NCBI GenBank assembly: GCA_050250895.1
Contig: JBFWNU010000003.1
Span: forward strand, 288,001-352,000
Direction of reading: 5' to 3'
DNA length: 64,000 nt
DNA from: Vulcanimicrobiota bacterium
GTDB lineage: Bacteria > Vulcanimicrobiota > Xenobia > Xenobiales > JADMJV01
Shown here piece by piece: positions 11,159 to 25,455 of the stretch (position 1 is its first letter; every line of letters starts with the position of its first letter). The position numbers were made by a program, and so were the translations under genes. A model generated the notes under the pieces. The model was not told the origin of the DNA. It saw only the letters and a program-made list of their open reading frames with translations, and searched no databases.

Positions 11159-11826
11159 TGAAAGACGTCAAGCTAGTGATCGTGGACGACCACCCGGTGG
11201 TCCTGCAAGGACTCAAGCACATGATGAACGAGGCCGATGGCATCGAGGTGGTCGGTCAGGCCAACAGCGGCGACGAGGCCCTGGACAAGATTCCCAAATG
11301 GAAACCCGATGTGGTTCTCATGGATGTGCGTCTGCCGGGCATGAACGGTCTGGAAGTGATGCGTCGCCTCAAAGAGCAGATGCGGGATCTCCACATCATC
11401 TTGATCACCGTTTCCGATAGCGACCTCTACCTGGTCGAGGCACTGCGGTGGGGGGCCAGTGGTTACCTCTCGAAGGACTCGTCCAAGGAGCTGATCAGCC
11501 ACGCCGTCAAAGCCGCCGTGCAGGGTGGTACCACGCTGGCTCAGCCCCTGGTGGACAAAGGCTTCGGCGCCATCGCGCGCTCGGCCGTCAACCTGGGCAA
11601 GCCCAAGGATGACGAATCGCTGCCGTCGCTGGTCGAACTCACCCCCCGTGAACTCGACGTGCTGCGCCTGGTCTCGGAAGGAAAAACCAACCGCACCATC
11701 GCCGGCGAGTTGAGTCTGGCCGAGGTGACGGTCAAAAAGCACGTCCAGTCGATCCTCAGCAAGCTGGGAGTCCGCGACCGGACCCAGGCGGCTCTGCGGG
11801 GGGTTCGTCTGGCCTTGATCGATTAG
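11158..11826 (+). CDS. NarL/LuxR-family response regulator
   Basis: VDDHPVV REC, LTPRELDVL...TVKKHVQSILSKLGVRDRTQA HTH. Confidence 0.95.
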   Translation: MKDVKLVIVDDHPVVLQGLKHMMNEADGIEVVGQANSGDEALDKIPKWKPDVVLMDVRLPGMNGLEVMRRLKEQMRDLHIILITVSDSDLYLVEALRWGASGYLSKDSSKELISHAVKAAVQGGTTLAQPLVDKGFGAIARSAVNLGKPKDDESLPSLVELTPRELDVLRLVSEGKTNRTIAGELSLAEVTVKKHVQSILSKLGVRDRTQAALRGVRLALID

Positions 11827-11934
11827 CACGACCCAGGCTCTTCGGTATCCGAGTGGATGGGCGGGTCGGATACCCGCGGGGCACCTTCGACTCCCCTGGC
11901 GCTGCTAAGCTAGAGCCAGAAAGGGAGGAACATC

Positions 11935-12534
11935 GTGCGCTACATCATCGACCTGGTTGCTCTAGTAGGCTTGACTCTGGTGCTGGGGGCCGCGCGGCCC
12001 CAGCAGTTGCTGGGAGTCAGCCACAACGGCTCGGCCGGTTTACGGGCCGGCGACTTCTTGCAAGTCGACTACCACGGCAAGCCCGGACGGCTCGTTTCAT
12101 TCGGTTTGCCCGGCATCGCCGATGGCTGGTTGATGGAAGAGATCGAACCCGGCGTCTATCGAGGCTCGGTGATGATTCTGCCGTCGTTTGGGCGTTATCA
12201 CTCTGCCCTGCAAGTGCGGGTCAGTCGAGGCCACGAATCCTCCGAGGTGTTCGAATCCGAACGTCCGGTCGTTCTGTTACCCCCCGACTCGCAGCGGCAG
12301 GTCTTTCTCCATCAGACTCCGGACGGACTGCGCCTGGCTTTCGACACCACGGTCTTGATCAATACGCTCGACGTGCGGCTGGATGGTCAGCCGTTGGGCA
12401 ACGACTATCGGCCCACCAATAACTACTTTGAAGTAGCTCTTCCAGGCGGACTCAAAGGCTCGCATAAGCTGGAGGTATCGGTCACCACCCTCGACGATCG
12501 CCGCCTCAGCCTGGAGCGATCATTCATTCAGTAA
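11935..12534 (+). CDS. Hypothetical exported beta-rich protein
   Basis: GTG after GGGAGG; signal peptide; MEEIEPGVYRGS Ig-like motif. Confidence 0.65.
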   Translation: MRYIIDLVALVGLTLVLGAARPQQLLGVSHNGSAGLRAGDFLQVDYHGKPGRLVSFGLPGIADGWLMEEIEPGVYRGSVMILPSFGRYHSALQVRVSRGHESSEVFESERPVVLLPPDSQRQVFLHQTPDGLRLAFDTTVLINTLDVRLDGQPLGNDYRPTNNYFEVALPGGLKGSHKLEVSVTTLDDRRLSLERSFIQ

Positions 12535-12580
12535 CGGCTGGGGACGAAGGATTCATTTTGGATTGGGTCAATAGAGCCCC

Positions 12581-17174
<4,594 letters not shown>

Positions 17175-17192
<18 letters not shown>

Positions 17193-18104
17193 GGCGTCTT
17201 GCAGGGCTCGATGGCGGCGCGAGATGATGCGCACGTAGTCGCGGGTCTCTTGGTAGGGTGGCACGCCGCGATAGCGGCTGACCGCGCCGGGGCCAGCATT
17301 ATAGGCCGCCAGGGCCAGGCGTTGCTTGCCGCCAAAGCGACGCATCTGCTGGCTGAGGTAGCGAGCGGCGCCACGTAGATTCTGTTCGTCGTCGCGAGGG
17401 TTGACCCCGAGTTCTCGAGCCGTCTCGGGCATCAGCTGGCCGTAACCCAGCGCGCCCACGGGCGAAACGGCGTCGGCGCGAAAGGCCGACTCGGTAGCTA
17501 CCAGCGAGGCCAGGAGTTCAGGCTCGAGTGAATTCTCGCGAGCCGTGTCGCAAATCATCGCGGCCAGCTCCATCGACTGGTCGGGCGACAGACCTCCATT
17601 GAACTGCCGAATGTAGGCGCCCAGCACGGTGAGTTCGCGCTCGTCGCCAAGGGCGACCAAATTCTGGCTACGAAACGCCTGGGCGAGGTCGCGCCCGGGA
17701 CGAGTGGCCACGGCCACGCGAGACAGGGAAATGGCGGTCAGGCTGTGGTCGAATTCGCGACGGGTCAAGACCATCACTTCACAGCCGGGCTCGAGCCAGG
17801 AAGCATCCTGGCTGGACGGCGAGATCTCCATGAGGTGTTCGCCAGCCTGGACGAAGAGTTTGCCCTTGCGGCGGCTGAGCAGGGTGCCTCGGATATTGGC
17901 GACCTCACCGACATTGTCGCCGATGGGTGGGGGAGCTATCGGCCTTAGTCCGCGAGGCTTCGGCTCTTCGGCCTCGACCGGAGCTTCGGTGACAATGGAC
18001 TCAGAGACGACCACTGGCTGATTGAGCGTCGTCGGGGTGTGGGGCTTCGTGAAGAAGAATAGCGCGGATAGGGAGGCGATCCCAAGATACAATCCCGCTC
18101 GCAT
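17175..18104 (-). CDS. Lytic transglycosylase (SLT domain) with N-terminal OB-like region
   Basis: [33 protein letters not shown]. Confidence 0.9.
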
Positions 18105-18158
18105 TGAGAGACTCCGTGTTTAGTTGTCAGCACCCTGTCTCGGCCATGTAAGCACAAA

Positions 18159-18181
18159 AAAAGGGGTCTGACAACCCCTTT
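18159..18181 (-). terminator. Hairpin followed by a T-run on the minus strand (terminator of the upstream gene; contains a possible -35 TTGTCA for the transglycosylase)
   Basis: Minus strand reads AAAGGGGTTGTCAGACCCCTTTTTTT. Confidence 0.5.
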
Positions 18182-18197
18182 GTAAACATTTTGTAAA
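18181..18197. promoter_or_regulatory. Direct-repeat operator TGTAAA-N5-TGTAAA (OmpR/WalR-type)
   Basis: tgtaaacattttgtaaa, 11-bp period, upstream of the lytic transglycosylase. Confidence 0.45.
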
Positions 18198-18202
18198 CAG
18201 GC

Positions 18203-18556
18203 TTAGCCGCCGACATAGTTCGTCGAGCCGGCCGTCCTCTCTCTGGTTGGCATCGGCGCCAGTCGGCGAGCGTGCATCTTGCCATCCAGATAGCGGGTAA
18301 CGGTAACGTCCACCATGCGTCCACGCAGGCGGGTGCGTGGCATACCCATCAGGTCCTCACCGTAGCTCACGGTGATTCGCTTCGAGCCGTCAACCAGAAC
18401 GGTCATGGAGTCTTGGTCGGGGTCCACCGACAGCACGCGACCTCGAATGTGATCGAGGCCGCGATGTCGGGCCACGGTCGCGCCCATAGCAGCGATATAT
18501 AGAAAGCCCCCGAGCAGGAGCACGATAGCGATGGTATTGCGTGTTCTCTTCTTCAT
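18203..18556 (-). CDS. Hypothetical membrane-anchored OB-fold-like protein
   Basis: MKKRTRNTIAIVLLLGG anchor; IRGRVLSVD strand pattern. Confidence 0.6.
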   Translation of the reverse strand: MKKRTRNTIAIVLLLGGFLYIAAMGATVARHRGLDHIRGRVLSVDPDQDSMTVLVDGSKRITVSYGEDLMGMPRTRLRGRMVDVTVTRYLDGKMHARRLAPMPTRERTAGSTNYVGG

Positions 18557-18793
18557 ACTTCCATTGTGGCGCATGGCAGCCGCGGCCCGAGAGACTCGCC
18601 AGGACACTGATGGGGGATTCGCTTGGCGGGCCGGAGGATAGGCTTTTCCACCTATCCCGCCGGATAGGCCCGGCAAATACCGGCGAGGCTCCAGGGCTGT
18701 GTGATCATCGGACTACACTGGGCATGCAATACCCTGTCACCGGTCGCGGCCCGCCCGGGCCGCGACCACTCTCAGGGAGCATCGGGAGGAAAC

Positions 18794-21010
18794 GTGAAGC
18801 GTCGTAAGACTCTGAGTAGGAAGGCCTGGCGGGTCTTGGGCCGCCTGGTCATCGTATTGTTGGTCGCGGTCGGGATCACCGGCATTTTGGCCGCCCGAAC
18901 CATCCGTCAGATCTATCGTGATGTGGCCGAGACGCTGCCTCCCCTGACCCGCCTCGAGGAGCCCAGGCTGGCCCAGACCACCAAGCTCTTCTCGCACGAC
19001 GGCCAGCTGATCGCTACTCTCTTTCATGAGAACCGCCGTCCGGTCGCGCTCGACGAGGTAGCGCCCTCGATGCTGGCCGCTTTGATGTCTATCGAGGACC
19101 AGCGTTTCTATCTGCATGACGGAGTCGATCCGATGGGCGTGCTGCGGGCCGCCCTGGCTAACGTGATGCACGGAGGCATCGACCAGGGGGCCAGCACCTT
19201 GACGATGCAGTTGGCTCGACGCCTGTATTTGACCGACGAGCGCTCCTATTGGAGAAAATTCCGGGAGGCGCTGCTGGCCAGGCGGATCGAGCAAGAGTTC
19301 ACCAAAGAGCAGATCCTCGAGGCCTATCTCAACGAGGTCTATTTCGGCGAGGGAACCTACGGTGTAGCCGCCGCCTCCAGTCACTACTTCGGCCTTGCTC
19401 CCGACCGGCTGACTCCGGCCCAGAGCGCCATGCTGGCGGGCCTGGTGCAATCCCCCTCGGCCCTGGCCCCGGGCGCCGACCCCGAGGCTTGCCGTCGCCG
19501 CCAACTGTCGGTGCTCGAACGCATGCACGAACTGGGCTATCTCGAGGACGTCGAATACGCCGAGGCGACTCACGAGGCCAAGACGATGAAGGTGCGCGAC
19601 ACCAAAGCGGTGCAGCCCGTGCTCAAGTATCCCTACTTCACCACCTACGCCATCAAGGAGCTGTCCGAGCAGTTCAGCCAGGCCAAGCTCTATGAGTCGG
19701 GCTTCAAGATCTATACCACCCTCGATATCGAGCTTCAGCGGATGGCGGAGCATCACCTGACCCAGGTCATCCAGAGCATGGGCCCGGGCTACCACGCCGA
19801 CTCGGCCGCCCTGGTCCTGATCGAAAACGATACCGGCGCTATCCGCGCCATGGTGGGCGGGGTCGGTTGGAGCGACAAGAACCAATTCAATCGCGCCTGG
19901 CAGGCAGCCCGCCAACCTGGCTCATGCTTTAAGGCCTTTCTCTACACCGCCGCGCTCGAGTCTGGCATGAACCCGGAAGACCTGGTAAAGGACACCGCTG
20001 TCACCCTTAAATTGACCAACGGCCAGACCTGGAAGCCCCACAACGCCGACGGCAGGAGCCTGGGTGAAATTCCCTTGCGCGAGGCGCTCAAGCGCTCCCG
20101 CAACCTGGTCGCGGCTCGGCTGGTAGCTAAACTCGGTCCCGACCGGGTGGTCGATGTGGCTCACCGATGCGGCGTCGAGAGCGACCTGCCCACGGTGCCG
20201 GCCGTGGCCCTGGGAGCCGCGGAAGTAACACCGCTCGAGATGGCCCAGGCCTTCTCGACCTTTCCCAACGCCGGCCGCCGCCATCACGCCTACGCCGTCG
20301 GGCTGGTCGCCAACCAGCAGGGCGAGCCCGTGGCCAACATGGCTAGCCACTGGACCCGGCAAGCCCTGTCACCGATCACCGCCGAACGCATGACCGAGAT
20401 GCTGGCCCGAGTCGTTCGCTCGGGCACCGGCACCGGGGCAGCTATTCCCTATCAGCTGGTGGCTGGCAAGACCGGCACGACCGATAGTTACAAGGACGCC
20501 TGGTTCGTCGGCTTCACTCCCTACTACACCTGCGCCGTCTGGGTCGGAAACACCGATAATTCGCCCACCTGGGGTGTCTTCGGTGGAGGTCTGCCGGCCG
20601 AGATTTTCCGGCGCGTCATGACCGACGCTCACCGCGACCTGCCCCCGTCCACCTACGCCGGGTTCGGCGAACCCACCAAACTCAAGCTCTGCAAAAACAG
20701 CCATCAACTGGCCTCGCCCGAGTGTGCAGAAACTTACCAGGAGGTCTTCTTTACCTCCACCCGCCCAGACGAACAGTGCGACGAGTGCGGCCAGACCAGG
20801 ATGTTCCTCGAGTTCGACTATCCACGGGCCGACACGCCCTATCCAGAGGCGGATCAGCCCGAGCTCGACCAGCAGCCGTCCTGGCCGCAGGACACCAGCC
20901 AGGATGAGCCTTCCTCCTCCGAGCCGGTAAGTCAGGAGGAAACCGCCGATCCATCGGGATGGGGGTCGCCTAACCAGGAGTACGTTCCGGATTCCCCGCC
21001 GGTAGAATAG
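18794..21010 (+). CDS. Class A penicillin-binding protein (PBP1A family)
   Basis: EDQRFYLHDGVD, GASTLTMQL, RKFRE, YLN (transglycosylase); SCFK, SRN, KTGT (transpeptidase); GTG after GGGAGG. Confidence 0.95.
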   Translation: MKRRKTLSRKAWRVLGRLVIVLLVAVGITGILAARTIRQIYRDVAETLPPLTRLEEPRLAQTTKLFSHDGQLIATLFHENRRPVALDEVAPSMLAALMSIEDQRFYLHDGVDPMGVLRAALANVMHGGIDQGASTLTMQLARRLYLTDERSYWRKFREALLARRIEQEFTKEQILEAYLNEVYFGEGTYGVAAASSHYFGLAPDRLTPAQSAMLAGLVQSPSALAPGADPEACRRRQLSVLERMHELGYLEDVEYAEATHEAKTMKVRDTKAVQPVLKYPYFTTYAIKELSEQFSQAKLYESGFKIYTTLDIELQRMAEHHLTQVIQSMGPGYHADSAALVLIENDTGAIRAMVGGVGWSDKNQFNRAWQAARQPGSCFKAFLYTAALESGMNPEDLVKDTAVTLKLTNGQTWKPHNADGRSLGEIPLREALKRSRNLVAARLVAKLGPDRVVDVAHRCGVESDLPTVPAVALGAAEVTPLEMAQAFSTFPNAGRRHHAYAVGLVANQQGEPVANMASHWTRQALSPITAERMTEMLARVVRSGTGTGAAIPYQLVAGKTGTTDSYKDAWFVGFTPYYTCAVWVGNTDNSPTWGVFGGGLPAEIFRRVMTDAHRDLPPSTYAGFGEPTKLKLCKNSHQLASPECAETYQEVFFTSTRPDEQCDECGQTRMFLEFDYPRADTPYPEADQPELDQQPSWPQDTSQDEPSSSEPVSQEETADPSGWGSPNQEYVPDSPPVE

Positions 21011-21053
21011 GCTGGATATATGACGTCGACCCTCGGGTCGGGAAGGAGAGACT

Positions 21054-21545
21054 ATGTTAAATGTCAGACTAGAAGAACTTAAGGCTAAGCTAGAGGCCTT
21101 ACGAGAAGACGAGAAGATCGAGGCCGCTCAGGGGCGACTGCGCCGGGCGGGTCGAAAGACCTCGCGCTTCCTATCCGACAACGCGGCTCCCCTGGCCCTG
21201 ATCGTGGCCGGCGCCGGCTGGTTGTTATCCAAACAGAGGACTTCCAACGGGGCGGAGGTGCCCGTGCCCCAAGAGCTCGAGAAACCCGAGTTTCCGATGA
21301 CCGGGCTCGACCCCGCTGTGCCCAGCCCTGAAGAGGCCAGGTCCCAAGACCACACCGACGAGCCCTCGGAGTTGTCTCAGAGTGTGAGCCAGCACTTGAT
21401 CGAATCGGCTCGTAAACGACCCCTCTTCGCCGGAGCGGCCCTGGTTGCGGCCGGGCTGGGCATCGGTATTGCCCACGAGGCAGCTTCACGGCACAAAGCT
21501 CAGGCGCTTGGCGAGGTACCAGTAGAAGAGTTGATCACACCCTGA
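21054..21545 (+). CDS. Hypothetical membrane protein (ElaB/DUF3618-like layout)
   Basis: RBS AAGGAG; PLALIVAGAGWL and RPLFAGAALVAAGLGIG segments. Confidence 0.6.
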   Translation: MLNVRLEELKAKLEALREDEKIEAAQGRLRRAGRKTSRFLSDNAAPLALIVAGAGWLLSKQRTSNGAEVPVPQELEKPEFPMTGLDPAVPSPEEARSQDHTDEPSELSQSVSQHLIESARKRPLFAGAALVAAGLGIGIAHEAASRHKAQALGEVPVEELITP

Positions 21546-21612
21546 TCCAACTCACGATGCAGGGAGTTGAGGTGGGGCGTCGAGCCCCGCCTCGACCGAG
21601 GGGGAGGTAGAC

Positions 21613-22914
21613 ATGAATTCATCGGTTCGCTGGCCATCGGCTTTGCTATTTCGCAAGGTAGTGGCCAGTCTCTATTTCTTTCCCACGACCATCGTGGGTT
21701 TGTCGATCGCGCTCGCGGTCGGCCTGCTGTGGATGGGCCCGTCCCTGGAGGTCTTCCAGGCGCTGGGGACCCGCTGGGGCGGAGACCCCGATAGCGCGCG
21801 CTCTTTTCTCTCCACCGTCGCGTCCTCCTTGATGGGCATCGCCGGGGTGGCCTTCTCGGTGGTGGTGGTGGCCCTGACCCTGGCCAGCAACCAGTTTTGT
21901 CCTCGCGTCTTGAGACACTTCGTCGAGGACCGGATCAACCGCGTCTTCTTCGGCCTGTTGTTGGGCAACTTCTCGTATGCGGTCACGGTGCTGGGCGCCA
22001 TCTCGGACAAGAGTGAGGAGTTGCCCGGATTGGCTTTGCTAGTCTGCTTTGCGTACGTGCTGCTGACCACCGGCATGTTCATCTATTTCATCCATCACCT
22101 GGCCTCGGGCTTGCAAATCGACGCCATCGTGCGGGTGGTGGCCCATCAGACCGAAACCCAGATCGACCGCCTCAAACGAAACCAGCGGCTGCTCGGACCA
22201 GCCCTTCCCGCCCCACCAGCGCATCTGGAGCCGGGCCAACAGCAGCACACGGTAGTGGCCGACACCGACGGCTATGTTCAGGCCGTCGACCTGGAGGAGT
22301 TGCTCGAATTGTCGGGCCGTTGGTCCGAGCCCATCCATCTTCTGGTCGGAGATGGCGACTATGTGACCCGTGGCACCCCGCTGCTACAGCCCCTCAAGCG
22401 TTCCCTCGACGAGGGCGAGAAAGAGCGGATTCGGGAAGCGTTCGAACTGGGCCACCAGCGTTATCTCGACGAGGATATCTCCTATGGCTTTCGCGAGATC
22501 GCCGACATCGCCATCAAAGCGATCTCGCCAGCCATCAACGATCCTACCACTGCCTGCTTTTGTCTGGACACGCTGGCCTGTCTGATGCTGCGCCTGGGCC
22601 AGGATGCCTGGCCGCCAGCGTGTCGCGAAGGGGAAGACGGAGCCAGTGTCACTTTGACTCGCAATCGCCCGGAGTTCTATCTCAGGTTGTGCTGTCTGCA
22701 AATCACGCATTTCGCCCAGAACGATCCGATGGTGTTGCTGGGTTTGCTACACTTCCTGGCCCGAGTCAAGCCCGTTGACGAAAGCCAGAGTTGGACCGAT
22801 GCCCTCCAGACCCAGATTGACGCGGTGGTCGAGGCAGCCCGCGCCGGCCAGCTCGCGCCCCGCTTAGCGGCCGAGATCGAGTCGATGGCCTCAGATGTCT
22901 TTAGCCATTCTTAA
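21613..22914 (+). CDS. DUF2254-family membrane protein
   Basis: ALTLASNQFCPRVL, FIYFIHH, GYVQAVD, DIAIKAISPAINDPTTA. Confidence 0.85.
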   Translation: MNSSVRWPSALLFRKVVASLYFFPTTIVGLSIALAVGLLWMGPSLEVFQALGTRWGGDPDSARSFLSTVASSLMGIAGVAFSVVVVALTLASNQFCPRVLRHFVEDRINRVFFGLLLGNFSYAVTVLGAISDKSEELPGLALLVCFAYVLLTTGMFIYFIHHLASGLQIDAIVRVVAHQTETQIDRLKRNQRLLGPALPAPPAHLEPGQQQHTVVADTDGYVQAVDLEELLELSGRWSEPIHLLVGDGDYVTRGTPLLQPLKRSLDEGEKERIREAFELGHQRYLDEDISYGFREIADIAIKAISPAINDPTTACFCLDTLACLMLRLGQDAWPPACREGEDGASVTLTRNRPEFYLRLCCLQITHFAQNDPMVLLGLLHFLARVKPVDESQSWTDALQTQIDAVVEAARAGQLAPRLAAEIESMASDVFSHS

Positions 22915-22986
22915 GAAAACCGAGAGCAAGCCTTAAGCCCTCCCGGCTAGGATAAGCCCATCAAAAGTTTCGGAGGAAACACACGG

Positions 22987-23544
22987 ATGAAAACCAGGAT
23001 TCTTGGCGCCCTTCTCGCCGGCCTTTGCATTCTCGGTGCCCCCGCCTGGGCCAACCGCGGCCACGGTGACAACCTCGAGAGGATGCAAAAGCACCTCGGC
23101 CTGAGCGACGAGCAACTCCAACAGCTCAAGCCTTACGCCGAGAATATGCAACACCGGATTCAAAGCGAGCGGGACGCCTTCAAAGCTACGCTGACCCAGG
23201 AACAGATTGCCAAGTTTGAAGAGGCCAAAAAGAGTCACCGCGGCAAGGGCGAGTGGAAAAAGCACCGCAAAGGCAACGGTGAACAAGCCAACGGCGAGCG
23301 CCCCAAGCGCGAACGCCCGACCCCCGAGCAGATGGCCCAATGGCGCCAGCAGATGGCCGCCAAGTTCGCTCAGGAATACAACTTGACCGCCCAGCAGCAG
23401 GCTGCCTTCACCCGGATGCAAACCGCTATCCAAGCTGAGCGCCAGGCATTCCGCAGCCAACTGATGTCGGTGCTGACCGCCGAGCAACAGCAGAAGATGC
23501 AAGAGCGCAAACACCGTGGTGGCCGACACCACCAAGAGAGTTAA
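22987..23544 (+). CDS. Spy/CpxP-like periplasmic helical protein
   Basis: Signal peptide; repeated LGLSDEQ, LTQEQ, LTAQQ, VLTAEQ (LTxxQ) motifs. Confidence 0.75.
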   Translation: MKTRILGALLAGLCILGAPAWANRGHGDNLERMQKHLGLSDEQLQQLKPYAENMQHRIQSERDAFKATLTQEQIAKFEEAKKSHRGKGEWKKHRKGNGEQANGERPKRERPTPEQMAQWRQQMAAKFAQEYNLTAQQQAAFTRMQTAIQAERQAFRSQLMSVLTAEQQQKMQERKHRGGRHHQES

Positions 23545-23578
23545 CTAGCGAAGCCCCCTCCTAACACACCCGATCCCC

Positions 23579-23613
23579 GGCCGGAGCTACCCAGCTCCGG
23601 CCTCTTTTTTTTT
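23579..23613 (+). terminator. Rho-independent terminator
   Basis: GGCCGGAGCT-ACCC-AGCTCCGGCC followed by a T-run. Confidence 0.85.
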
Positions 23614-23640
23614 GGCGGGCAGGCTGGGGATTTTGGCGGT

Positions 23641-24059
23641 GCGGCGCGCGGTCGAAGCACAGGTCGGTGTGGCACGCCAGTGCGGCACCTGAGAGATAAA
23701 CCGCGGAGATCAGGAGGGCACGGAGAGGTTGTGGGGGGCGTGGGGTGAGCGTCCTGGCGAATTTATGGGTCAGGGTTTTGCCACCTCGAACGGGGTGCTC
23801 AAAACGGCGGTGGCTCGGTGGTTGGTGGTTGCCCGATCCCGATGCGCGTCTGTCGTGGCGGCGCGGCGCGTGGTCGAAGCACAGGTCGGTGTGGCACGCC
23901 AGTGGGGCGCCTGAGAAATAAACCGCGGAGATCAGGAGGGCACGGAGAGGGTTGTGGGGGGCGTGGGGTGAGCGTCCTGGCGAATTCATGGGTTAGGGTT
24001 TTGCCACCTCGAACGGGGTGCTCAAAACGGCGGTGGCTTGGTGGCTACCCGATCCCGAT
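23641..24059. repeat. Two-copy tandem direct repeat, period 222 bp
   Basis: ggtcgaagcacaggtcggtgtggcacgccag...cccgatcccgat starts at 23650 and 23872; near-identical copies. Confidence 0.9.
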
Positions 24060-24251
24060 CAATATGGAGGCCACTCTCAAGGTAAGCGGGCCGCGGAGGG
24101 GGTATGCGTCACGTCTGCGCTCGACCGGATGAACCGCGGGGGCCGCGGAGTGCCGCGGAGGGGTAGGCGTAAGCTGGAAGCGGGGACGATCTTGTTTCCG
24201 CGGGTGCCAGCCTCGACGGGTGAAGGTGGAAAGTGGGCCGAAGCTAGCTCG

Positions 24252-24668
24252 ATGATTCGGTTGTCTAAGAACGCTACTGATGCCCAGATAGTGGAGGCCG
24301 TTGAGCAGTGGGTTCGTCTATTGGCGGCTGGCGACTATCGGGGCGCTTTCGAGCTTACTGACCATGGGCCCGATGACCACCTGACGCCCGAGGTGATTCG
24401 GACGCTGATTCGCAATTACGGCAGTATCGAGCCAATGAAGGATGGATCAGTCTATCGCGTGACTGAACCTCGAGAGGCCGTCGTGGTAGACGTAACGCCT
24501 CGGCCTCAAATAGAGAGGTTCTCTGACGGGCCTCCCGACTATCTTGGCTACGTCCACTACGACCTGCCTCTCAACGGCCGGTGGAGCGACCTGACGGCGG
24601 TCTTCACGCTGACTCTCGCCGAGTGCGGGGCTCTCACGCTTGCTCTCGACGAGATTCACGTGCTCTAG
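24252..24668 (+). CDS. Small immunity-like hypothetical protein (DUF7668-like)
   Basis: C-terminal YDLPLNGRWSDLTAVF...LDEIHVL signature; more AT-rich codons than neighbours. Confidence 0.6.
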   Translation: MIRLSKNATDAQIVEAVEQWVRLLAAGDYRGAFELTDHGPDDHLTPEVIRTLIRNYGSIEPMKDGSVYRVTEPREAVVVDVTPRPQIERFSDGPPDYLGYVHYDLPLNGRWSDLTAVFTLTLAECGALTLALDEIHVL

Positions 24669-24678
24669 GCCCGCCCCC

Positions 24679-25455
24679 TTACCGCCGCGTGGTGAGGTTG
24701 AGGGTCGACTCGGTGTGGCTGAGCACCTTGTCGGAGCCGAGCACCACGGTCTGGTCAATGGTGGTGTGGGTGGTTTGTTTAACGGCCACGCCGGTGGCCA
24801 GGTCGACTTGCATCGTCCAATGGACCTTGCCGTTCGACGCGGTGCTGGCCCAGGTGGTGGCTTGCGGCTGGCCGTTGGCGTCGCGAGGGCCCAGGGCCTG
24901 GCTCTCGAGATTGAACTCGAGTTTGGCCTGGCCGCCCTCGACGGCCACCAGGGTGCCGGTTCCCCAGATACGGGTGTGGACCGGCAGGCTCTGGTTTCCA
25001 ACCGCAACCACGGCGTGGTTGTTGCCCTCGACCGGCCAGCTCTCGCCGACCGCGACCGAGGTCAGGGGATAGAGCGCGGGCTGGTTGAAGGAGCTGGCTA
25101 GTGCGCCGGGGGTCGAGTTGGCCACCTGTTGCTCGGCGAACTTGGTAATCTGGAAGCCGATGGGCAAGACGGGCAGGACGTTCTCTTGGCCTGGGCTACT
25201 CCAGCGCTTCAACTCGCGTTGCTGGACCACCGCCCCGGTGAGGTCGCGCGAGACGACCCTGTCTTGCCAGGCCAGGTCATACTGTTCGGTCGAGCTGGTC
25301 TGGGCTCCGTCGGGGAAGGTCACCGTGTTCTTGACGGTGAGCGTGCCCGAGGTCGACCAGTCAGATTGCGGTTCGGGTTTGTAGCGCAGTTGAATTTTGC
25401 CGGCCGCCAGCACCGCCGAACAGAGCAGCAGGCACAACAGAATTCTTGTTTTCAT
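24679..25455 (-). CDS. Hypothetical exported beta-rich protein
   Basis: Signal peptide; IQLRYKP and PLTSVAVGESW motifs; start overlaps the upstream gene stop. Confidence 0.7.
   Translation of the reverse strand: MKTRILLCLLLCSAVLAAGKIQLRYKPEPQSDWSTSGTLTVKNTVTFPDGAQTSSTEQYDLAWQDRVVSRDLTGAVVQQRELKRWSSPGQENVLPVLPIGFQITKFAEQQVANSTPGALASSFNQPALYPLTSVAVGESWPVEGNNHAVVAVGNQSLPVHTRIWGTGTLVAVEGGQAKLEFNLESQALGPRDANGQPQATTWASTASNGKVHWTMQVDLATGVAVKQTTHTTIDQTVVLGSDKVLSHTESTLNLTTRR

Noticed and set aside
23561-24132. ORFs over the 222-bp duplication and the upstream extension of ORF 24018
   Set aside because: Repeat-derived with no protein-like composition; the real gene more likely starts at 24252
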